Origin: Candidatus Micrarchaeia archaeon
GTDB lineage: Archaea > Micrarchaeota > Micrarchaeia > Anstonellales > Anstonellaceae
Direction: 5' to 3'
NCBI GenBank assembly: GCA_041665945.1
Contig: JBAYHU010000002.1
Location: 107,350 to 171,349, forward strand
Length of the DNA stretch: 64,000 nucleotides
The position numbers were made by a program, and so were the translations under genes. The notes under the pieces are model-generated. The model had not been told where the DNA came from and did not search any database. It saw nothing but the letters and a program-made list of their open reading frames with translations. Below are positions 1 through 7,322 of the stretch, piece by piece. The number at the start of each line of letters is the position of its first letter. The first letter of the stretch is position 1.

Positions 1-1
1 C

Positions 2-151
2 GGAAGGCAGCTGATAATCGACAACGTGGGAGTCAACCTCGTATCAAGGAATGGGGAGACTGTGAGCGCGACTTTCACGCCGAAAACAGCAGGGCAGTAC
101 AATTTCCACTGCGGGATGAACATGTTCCGCGGCGTGCTGGTGGCAAGTTGA
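2..151 (+). CDS. 3' end of a cupredoxin-domain protein (partial, cut by window edge)
   Basis: Own translation: ...ETVSATFTPKTAGQYNFHCGMNMFRGVLVAS*. The FTP..AG.Y.F.CGMNM.RG pattern is typical of cupredoxin-like domains in copper-homeostasis proteins. Confidence 0.7.
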   Translation, partial: GRQLIIDNVGVNLVSRNGETVSATFTPKTAGQYNFHCGMNMFRGVLVAS

Positions 152-186
152 TAGCAACTTAAACATTGCTGGAAGAAAAGACGGAT

Positions 187-687
187 ATGGAAAATTGGAA
201 GGAAGGGCTTGCGCTTGTATTCGCAAACCGCAAATACTCCGCGCTGTTCGTAGTGCTGTTCGCAGTGCTGACGCCGGTTTACGCCGTGCTGACTGACATC
301 GTAATCCTCTCGCCGCTTGCGCTCAACCCGGGCATCAGGCCACTTGAAACCGCGCTTGTTTTCTGCGTCTCGGTTCTGGCATCGCTTGGATTTACCATAG
401 CCGCTTTCCAGATTTTCGAGGCGCATTCGATTTCGAAAAAAAGCTTGGGCGGAAGCGTGCTTGGGGCTGGCGCGGGCGGGACCGTCCTTGCGACATTTGC
501 ATCCGCCTGCACGGTGTGCCAGCCGATTTGGCTTTTCTGGCTGGGGTTGGGGAGCGCCACGGCTTTCCTTGCGGATTACGGGATTTACATAATGCTTGCC
601 AGCATGGCGATACTCCTGTATTCCATTGATTCCGGATTGGCGGCGATAACGCATGGCTGCGCGGTGAAGCCGAAGAGGAAGCGCTGA
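187..687 (+). CDS. Membrane protein with intramembrane CxxC (SACTVCQP)
   Basis: About four hydrophobic segments; ATG at 187 chosen over upstream TTG 166. Confidence 0.65.
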   Translation: MENWKEGLALVFANRKYSALFVVLFAVLTPVYAVLTDIVILSPLALNPGIRPLETALVFCVSVLASLGFTIAAFQIFEAHSISKKSLGGSVLGAGAGGTVLATFASACTVCQPIWLFWLGLGSATAFLADYGIYIMLASMAILLYSIDSGLAAITHGCAVKPKRKR

Positions 688-767
688 ACTGTCAATACCG
701 TATTAACAACATTTATAAATTTAAACTGCCCGAATCAAGCGATAAGCATTACCTCTGAGGCTCGGCT

Positions 768-1889
768 ATGTCCACCAAAAAGGATTACTACGAGATACTG
801 GGCGTTGCGCGCACGGCTACCAAGGACCAGATAAAGGACGCCTACCGCACGCTCGCGCTCAAGTTCCATCCCGACCGCAACAAGGACGCGGGCGCGGAGG
901 ACAGATTCAAGGAGATTTCTGAGGCATATGCCGTGCTGTCGGACAACGAGAAGAGGCAGACATATGACCAGTACGGGCACGCGGGATTCGACCAGCGCTA
1001 TTCGCAGGAGGACATATTCAGGAACGCAAATTTCGAGGACATTTTCCGCGAGTTCGGCTTTGCTGGCGCGGGCGGCTCGCCTTTCGACGACATGTTCGCA
1101 TCCGCGTTTTTCGGAGGGACGCCTCGAAGGCAGGTTGGCAGGGGGGCGGATTTGAGATACGACCTGCACATCTCGCTTGAGGAAGCCGCAAAGGGGCTTA
1201 CGCATGAAATCGCGTACAAGCGCAACCGCGCGTGCGAACGCTGCAACGGAAGCGGCGCGGAGCCGGGAAGCAAGGTCGCCACATGCAAGGCGTGCGGGGG
1301 CAGGGGGCAGGTTCGCCAAAGCAGGTCGCTTGGCGCGTTCGGAAGCTTCACAAGCGTGGTCACCTGCCCGCAATGCGCTGGCAACGGCAGGCGGCCGGAG
1401 AAAGCGTGCAAGGATTGCAAAGGGAGCGGCTCGCAGATTTACGATGAAAAGCTCGAGGTGGAAATACCCGCGGGCGTGGACACCGGCTCGCGGCTGCGCG
1501 TGGCCGGAATGGGCGAGCGCGGCCCCGCGGCAAGCGGCGACCTTTACGTTTTTGTCATGGTGAAGGAGCACCAGCTCTTCAAGCGGGAAGGGGACGACAT
1601 CCACCTTGAGACGCCAATCAGCTTTTCGCAGGCCGCGCTTGGCGCGGAAATAGAACTGCCCACTCTTTCGGGCAAGGCGAAGCTCAAGATTCCGGCAGGC
1701 ACGCAGACCGGCGCAATCTTCCGCCTGAAAGGAGAGGGCATGCCCCGCGTCCAATACAGCAGCAAGGGGGATCTGTTCGTGCACATCGTCGTCAGGACGC
1801 CCACCAACCTGTCCGACAAGCAGAAGAAAATTCTGTCGGACTTGGGCGACACTCCGAAGAAAGGCTTCTTTGATGGGATGTTTAGATGA
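768..1889 (+). CDS. dnaJ: Chaperone DnaJ
   Basis: J-domain with HPD, G/F-rich region, four CxxCxGxG repeats, C-terminal domain. Confidence 0.97.
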   Translation: MSTKKDYYEILGVARTATKDQIKDAYRTLALKFHPDRNKDAGAEDRFKEISEAYAVLSDNEKRQTYDQYGHAGFDQRYSQEDIFRNANFEDIFREFGFAGAGGSPFDDMFASAFFGGTPRRQVGRGADLRYDLHISLEEAAKGLTHEIAYKRNRACERCNGSGAEPGSKVATCKACGGRGQVRQSRSLGAFGSFTSVVTCPQCAGNGRRPEKACKDCKGSGSQIYDEKLEVEIPAGVDTGSRLRVAGMGERGPAASGDLYVFVMVKEHQLFKREGDDIHLETPISFSQAALGAEIELPTLSGKAKLKIPAGTQTGAIFRLKGEGMPRVQYSSKGDLFVHIVVRTPTNLSDKQKKILSDLGDTPKKGFFDGMFR

Positions 1890-2097
1890 GCGAAGCGAAT
1901 CTAAACAGACAAGCATCCGTAGATGCTTGGATGTTCCGCTGAGTCGCAACGAAGCGGAACAGACAGCACGAAGCGCTGGATGTTTAGGTGAGTCAGACGA
2001 ACCTAAACAGATGACAATGCCGCAGCATTGGCGGATGTTCAGGTGAGCGAAGCGAATCTAAACAGACAGTGCCCGCAGGCACTGGATGTTCAGGTGA
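1876..2097. repeat. Tandem fold-back array: 5 forward copies of the dnaJ 3' end alternating with 4 inverted copies, joined by GA-hairpin-GA linkers
   Basis: GGATGTTY(A/C)GNTGA starts at 1876, 1929, 1978, 2033, 2084 (period 49-55 bp). Inverted arms are TCTAAACA, GCGGAACA, CCTAAACA, TCTAAACA. Confidence 0.92.
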
Positions 2098-2177
2098 GCG
2101 TTTTGCAAAGCCGCAACTTTGCAAGTTAGTGTTAAAAAATGGGAAAGTATATATACTACTAGTTGCACATCAGCATC

Positions 2178-2843
2178 ATGCCCCAAGCCTCCCTGCTTTA
2201 CCGGAAAGGCTCCAGCCTACTGGTCAAGGACGGCTTTGACTGGGCCAACCCATTGAAATCGAAGATTAAAGGGCCGCTTATCCTGCATGGCACATCCAGC
2301 CTTCTCTTGGAAAACATAATGAAGCGTGGTTTGGACCGCAGGGTGCCCCTGCTTACTGCTGAAGAAAGAAAGGTTCTGGAGACTCCGCTTTCCAAAAGCC
2401 CAGTAATTCTGAACCAGAAGAGCATCTCGACCGGGAATGTCGAGCGGATAAGCCTGACATATTCGACTGGCATTGCAATATGCCATGCGAGAAAAGGGCC
2501 GGAAATATTCGAGCGCATAATGATGGCGTTTAAGTCCGGGCAAATGCCGGATTTGCCCGAATTCAGGAGCATATTTGAGAAACTTCAGGGATTTCTAGCT
2601 GGGCACAAGCCAGTTGTGCTGTTCATCGATTCCGTTAAGCTTGGCGCAAGCCGCCCGGAGGCTGACGCACCAGATACCCCCGTACTCCTCAGAAATCTTG
2701 GAAAGGATGGCTGGAGCAAATCGCAGATTCTGGAATTCATCGCGCGGGAGAAGAACCATTATTGCATAGAGCAGGATATCGCCGGAGTTCCGCCCGAAGC
2801 GATTGTGGCGGCAGAAAACGTGGAAAGATTTGCCATGAAATGA
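2178..2843 (+). CDS. Orphan protein with ADP-ribosyltransferase (Tpt1/KptA-like) fold motifs
   Basis: LILHGTSSLLLENIMKRGL (H-G-T...I...GL), ISLT, VVLFID and C-terminal GVPPEAI resemble the Tpt1/ART NAD-binding lobe. Confidence 0.5.
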   Translation: MPQASLLYRKGSSLLVKDGFDWANPLKSKIKGPLILHGTSSLLLENIMKRGLDRRVPLLTAEERKVLETPLSKSPVILNQKSISTGNVERISLTYSTGIAICHARKGPEIFERIMMAFKSGQMPDLPEFRSIFEKLQGFLAGHKPVVLFIDSVKLGASRPEADAPDTPVLLRNLGKDGWSKSQILEFIAREKNHYCIEQDIAGVPPEAIVAAENVERFAMK

Positions 2844-2903
2844 CGGCAGCAGGCACTTTGGCAAAAGAGAACTCTTTTTTATCCTTGCATGCAAATCCAG
2901 CTC

Positions 2904-4508
2904 ATGCCTGAAAACAAAACAGACGACGAAACAAAGAAATCCCTCCACTGGTCCGAGCAGCTTGCGCAGCAGATAATCGCCGAGAAGAACAAGCCATACG
3001 TGATTTCAGGCGGGCTTACCACTTCGGGGCCCACTCATTTGGGCACTGTTTGCGAATTCCTCTTCCCGCAGGCGATTGTGGACGCGCTGCGCTATTTGGG
3101 GGATGAGGCGAAATACTATTTTGTTGCGGACATTGCCGACTCGTTTGACGGAGTGCCATCTGCATTCGAGCAATACAAAGCCGTTCTTGAGCCGCACCTT
3201 GGGAAACCGCTTACTGACGTTCCGGACCCGACAGGGACAACCGCCTCGTTCGGCGATTACTTCCTTGCGGACGCGAAAGCGGCGATGGACAAGTTCGGCG
3301 TGAAGCCGGAAATAATCAGGGCAACTGACCTTTATGCAAAAGGGGCATTTGACAAATATGCGATTCTGTTTTTGAAAGAAGAAGCGCAGGTGCGCGAGAT
3401 TGTCGCAAAGTCCTCGCTTCGCGAGAAATTGCCGGACTGGTGGAGCCCGATAATGCCGACCTGCGGAAAATGCGGCAGGAACGCCACCACGCACGTGCTC
3501 AGGCACAGCGCGATGAAGGGAACCGAGAGGCTGGAGAGCAACAGCGGCGATGACATTGAATACGAATACGCTTGCGACCGCGATGTGAAATACACCAAGG
3601 GCTGCGGGCATGTTGGCAGGAACAAGATATCCGACCACAAGTACAAGCTCACTTGGAGGTTGCACTGGCCGGCATGGCAGGACCACTTCAACACCACCGC
3701 GGAGGGAGGGGGCGTGGACCACTTCACGCGCGGCGGGAGCAGGGACACGCTTGAGGTTGTTTTCAGGGACATTTTCAACAAGTCCCCGTCAATCGGCTAC
3801 AAGTTCGGGTTCATACTTTTCGAGGGAAAGAAATATTCCAAGTCAAAGGGGACGGGAATGGGCGTCTCCGAACTGATGGAGCTTCTCCCGCCCGAAGTGA
3901 TGAAGTACATGCTTCTCAAGCCGGACTTGCAGGAGAACATAGATATCGTGCCGACGGGCGTGAATCTTCTTAGGACGATTGATGATTATGAAAAGGCGAT
4001 AGTTCTTCTTGCGTCCGGCAAGATGGATGAGCTGACGCGCGCGGACCACAAGCGCGTGATGGCTGCGCGGCTCGCATCCGAGTCCGCGCAGATGGGGCGC
4101 GGCTGGAAGACGCCGTTCCTTGACCTTATACTGTACAGGAATTTGCAGTGGAGCTGGGAGAAAATCGCCGAGAAGACCGGCGATGCCGCGGCAGTGCAGA
4201 AGCTCTCGCCCTATCTTGAGGCATGGGAAAGGAGGAATTTCGTCCCCGAGGAATACGCGTTTGCCTACAAGCCGCAGAAAACGGCAGAAGGAAGCGCGGC
4301 TCGCGCGTTTTTCAGCAAGCTGAACGCATCCATGCCCGCGCTTGAAATCCACAACCTCGCTTTTGCGACTGCGAAGGAGATGAACGTCCCTCCTGCGCAG
4401 ATGTTCACCGAATGCTACACTGCGCTTCTTTCAAAGCCGAAGGGACCGAAGCTTGGCAAGCTGATTGAGGCGATGGGCGTTGAAAAAGTGAAGTCAGATG
4501 TCCTCTAA
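2904..4508 (+). CDS. lysS: Class I lysyl-tRNA synthetase
   Basis: SGGLTTSGPTHLGT (HIGH-like), CGKCG, KLTWRLHWPAW, KYSKSKG (KMSKS-like), KGPKLG. Start could be 2889. Confidence 0.93.
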   Translation: MPENKTDDETKKSLHWSEQLAQQIIAEKNKPYVISGGLTTSGPTHLGTVCEFLFPQAIVDALRYLGDEAKYYFVADIADSFDGVPSAFEQYKAVLEPHLGKPLTDVPDPTGTTASFGDYFLADAKAAMDKFGVKPEIIRATDLYAKGAFDKYAILFLKEEAQVREIVAKSSLREKLPDWWSPIMPTCGKCGRNATTHVLRHSAMKGTERLESNSGDDIEYEYACDRDVKYTKGCGHVGRNKISDHKYKLTWRLHWPAWQDHFNTTAEGGGVDHFTRGGSRDTLEVVFRDIFNKSPSIGYKFGFILFEGKKYSKSKGTGMGVSELMELLPPEVMKYMLLKPDLQENIDIVPTGVNLLRTIDDYEKAIVLLASGKMDELTRADHKRVMAARLASESAQMGRGWKTPFLDLILYRNLQWSWEKIAEKTGDAAAVQKLSPYLEAWERRNFVPEEYAFAYKPQKTAEGSAARAFFSKLNASMPALEIHNLAFATAKEMNVPPAQMFTECYTALLSKPKGPKLGKLIEAMGVEKVKSDVL

Positions 4509-5412
4509 AATTCGCGAAACAAACAAGAAATACTATTCATCCAAAGGCAAGAAGATTTACTCCGACTTCTCCACGTTCGCGCAGGGGAAAACGCTTGCGA
4601 AATGCAACGCGCTTGAGTTCGTGCGCGACTTTTCCGCAAGCAAATCCCCGCGGGTGGTGGTTTGCGAATACGGGATTGGCAGGGGAGACTTTGCCAAGAA
4701 TTTTCTTGACGAAGTGAAGAAGCTTGACAGGAAGCTGTATGCGAGGACAAGGTATTACCTGTTCGACTTTTCGGAAAAGATGATTGATGATGCGCGCGAG
4801 AACCTCGCCTCGCACGGGGCGGTTTGCGTTTTCGGGAAGTTCGATGCGGCGGCAGAGCAGCCGTTTTTGCAATTCGATTATTGCAGGATAAACGAGCTTC
4901 TGACCGATTTGCCGACGCTGGTTTGCCAGCTCAACAACGGAACCCTTCGCGAACTGGGAGGGAAGCCGATTGGGGATGCGTCGCCTTTTGTCGTCGAATT
5001 CCTCAAGCGCGTGGAGGACGGCAGGGCAATGCCGTTCAATTTCATTGGCGCGGAATTCCTCGCGAAGCTTTGCGCTTGCGGAAAGAAGAGCTTCAGGATT
5101 GACGTTTTCGATTACGGGTTTTATTCCTCAGATGAAGTGTTCGAGCATCCGGTTGATGAATGGAACAGGCTCATGGTGAGGGATTACGGCGGGCAGCTCA
5201 CGACGGATTTGAACGTTCCGTTCGTGCTCGCCCACCTTTCAGCCGCAGGCATAATCGCGAAAGCGGAGAAGCAGAAGGAATACTGCGAAAAAGTGCTTGG
5301 GAAAAAGCTTGCTCTTGCGGAACTGAAAAGCGGGCTGGACTACGTGCCTGTGAAAAAGGGCGACGCGATTTCGGAGGACGACGGGTTTTATCATTTGCGG
5401 CTGGGGAAGTAG
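4498..5412 (+). CDS. SAM-dependent methyltransferase, MidA/NDUFAF7-like
   Basis: EYGIGRG motif I, INELLTDLP, FDYG and QLTTDLN resemble MidA-family motifs; overlaps the lysS stop. Confidence 0.65.
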   Translation: MSSKIRETNKKYYSSKGKKIYSDFSTFAQGKTLAKCNALEFVRDFSASKSPRVVVCEYGIGRGDFAKNFLDEVKKLDRKLYARTRYYLFDFSEKMIDDARENLASHGAVCVFGKFDAAAEQPFLQFDYCRINELLTDLPTLVCQLNNGTLRELGGKPIGDASPFVVEFLKRVEDGRAMPFNFIGAEFLAKLCACGKKSFRIDVFDYGFYSSDEVFEHPVDEWNRLMVRDYGGQLTTDLNVPFVLAHLSAAGIIAKAEKQKEYCEKVLGKKLALAELKSGLDYVPVKKGDAISEDDGFYHLRLGK

Positions 5413-5413
5413 C

Positions 5414-5716
5414 ATGGAATTCACGCCCAAGCAAAAGGAGAAACTGGCAAAACTTACGCCGTTCCAGAGGGCAGTCCTTTTGGAGTGCGCGAAAATCCAG
5501 AAAGGCAAGACAAGGACATATGCGCAGATTGCAAAAGCCATAGGCAAGCCCAAGGCAGTGCGCGCAGTTGGCAATGCGCTTGGGAAGAATCCGCTTGCGC
5601 CGCTCATCCCCTGCCACAGGGTAGTAAAGTCAGATGGCAGCGTGGGCGGATACTCCGCAAAGGGCGGAAGCAGGAAAAAGACGCAGCTTCTGATGCGCGA
5701 GCGCACGAAGATTTAA
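5414..5716 (+). CDS. ogt: O6-methylguanine-DNA methyltransferase (single domain)
   Basis: TYAQIA..IGKPKAVRAVGNALGKNP..IPCHRVV active-site motif. Confidence 0.92.
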   Translation: MEFTPKQKEKLAKLTPFQRAVLLECAKIQKGKTRTYAQIAKAIGKPKAVRAVGNALGKNPLAPLIPCHRVVKSDGSVGGYSAKGGSRKKTQLLMRERTKI

Positions 5717-5742
5717 AACCACACCTATAGATATTTTTACAC

Positions 5743-6585
5743 ATGCTTGCAGCGCCCAAAACAGTGCACCCCCCATTCCTGAAACTGGATAATCGCGAGA
5801 AGAAGGCACTGTTTGTATACGAGTTTGATAAGTATCACCAGTATAAGATAAATATTGAATGCTACTCTGGGGAGTTTTATCGCTTGAAATTTCCCGGCGT
5901 GACGGCATTCGCCCAGGCGCCGTCCATAAAAGAGAATATTGTTCGCATACTCCCGTTGATTGGGGAGATAAACCGGAACCTTCCACAAAATTCAAGGACA
6001 AACTTGCTCGTTTTTTACAGTGCGCCCGGAGTGTTCATGACAGAACTTTCGTATAACAAAGAGTTCCGTTGCATCTATGGGTTCGAAGAAGCATTGGAAT
6101 TTTCGGACTATTCCCGCCCGGCCATTTTTCATGAGCAGGCCCACGCCGCCTATTGGCACCTCGTTGTGCCCTCCCAAGAGAATCTGGTATCCTTGAATCA
6201 GCTGTACCGGAGATTCCATGCCGCGTTATTTGTTCCGTATGATAAATGCGCCCTTGTGCAGATGCTTTCGGAAAACAGCTATGCGAACATTCGGGACTAC
6301 AACGAGCTGTTCGGGCATCCATATACCAACTTAAATGAGAATTTTGCAAGCAATGAACTTTTTGCAAGCACTTCCACCATCCTGAGGTTTTTCCACTTGG
6401 AATTCTTTGGCCGGCTTGCCAGGAAAGACAAAGACGTTTCTGGCCTGCTTTATGAAATAGCGGCCGGAGTTGTGCAGGCGTGGGGCAGCGCCAAAATTTT
6501 TGCGGATGAAGTCTACTGGAAGCTCGGCCTTCCGGTTCCTGCTGGAAAGGAGTCGCTTCTTCTGAAAGAACGCAGGAACATTTAA
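5743..6585 (+). CDS. Orphan zincin-like metallopeptidase
   Basis: IFHEQAH (HExxH) plus downstream SNELFAS as candidate third ligand; visibly more AT-rich than its neighbours. Confidence 0.5.
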   Translation: MLAAPKTVHPPFLKLDNREKKALFVYEFDKYHQYKINIECYSGEFYRLKFPGVTAFAQAPSIKENIVRILPLIGEINRNLPQNSRTNLLVFYSAPGVFMTELSYNKEFRCIYGFEEALEFSDYSRPAIFHEQAHAAYWHLVVPSQENLVSLNQLYRRFHAALFVPYDKCALVQMLSENSYANIRDYNELFGHPYTNLNENFASNELFASTSTILRFFHLEFFGRLARKDKDVSGLLYEIAAGVVQAWGSAKIFADEVYWKLGLPVPAGKESLLLKERRNI

Positions 6586-6775
6586 ATACACTTATATACA
6601 CTTAATTGACTTGCGTGGGAGATAAATTATTAAACAGGAAAGGAATATCTCAGGCACTCTCTTACTACAGGTTCCGCGTTTCCGCGCTGTGCGGGCGGTG
6701 CCAAAAGGGTGTTTACTGCCCAATTTCGCTCGCGCGAAATGGGCGTGAACTTCGGGAGTTCACTGAGGTGTCATT

Positions 6776-7309
6776 ATGGGATTAAGACCAGCAAGAACTT
6801 GCAGAACGCTTGAAAAGGCCGCGTGGGCGAGATACTCGAAGAAGAAGCCCCGCAAGAGCTTCGTCAAGGCGCTTCCCCACCTGTCGCTTCTCGTATACGA
6901 GATGGGCAACCAGAAGCAGCACTTCGACTTCGTGTTCAACTTCGTGGCAAAGCACGACGTGCAGCTGCGCGACAACACGCTCGAGGCGGCAAGGCAGGCG
7001 GCGAATAGGTACCTCGAAAAGGTCATCCCCAACTTGTATTTCTTCAAGGTGCGCGTGTTTCCCCACAACGTCATCAGGGAAAACCGCATGATTGCGGGCG
7101 CAGGCGCCGACCGTCTGCAGAAGGGAATGAGGCAGGCATACGGAAGGCCGATGGACCGCGCGGCGAGAGTGCACGCGGAACAGCCGGTGTTCACGGTTTA
7201 CGTCGCGAAGGAGAATACCTCGCACATCGCTGAGGCGTTCAGAAGGGCGCGGCGCAAGATGTCCGGCAAATACACGATTGTTCAAAGCGAATACAAGATG
7301 AGAAAGTAG
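6776..7309 (+). CDS. rpl10e: 50S ribosomal protein uL16 (L10e)
   Basis: MGLRPARTCR, LEAARQAANRYL, RENRMIAGAGADRLQKGMRQAYGRP; GAGGTG SD upstream. Confidence 0.96.
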   Translation: MGLRPARTCRTLEKAAWARYSKKKPRKSFVKALPHLSLLVYEMGNQKQHFDFVFNFVAKHDVQLRDNTLEAARQAANRYLEKVIPNLYFFKVRVFPHNVIRENRMIAGAGADRLQKGMRQAYGRPMDRAARVHAEQPVFTVYVAKENTSHIAEAFRRARRKMSGKYTIVQSEYKMRK

Positions 7310-7322
7310 GGAGGGCAGCATT

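Noticed and set aside
1881-1910. Hammerhead ribozyme (TGAG...CGAA resembles the core)
   Set aside because: No CUGAUGA core, no GAAA and no NUH cleavage site in a three-way junction; TGA/GAA simply close one extended hairpin.
735-1949. Long antisense ORFs (also 6782-8152, 8700-9791, 23464-24465, 28790-29689 and others)
   Set aside because: Shadows of well-supported genes on the opposite strand, expected from GC3-rich codon usage.
1876-2097. CRISPR array interpretation
   Set aside because: The conserved parts vary with compensatory changes, the spacers are short self-complementary hairpins, the first unit is dnaJ coding sequence, and there are no cas genes or leader.
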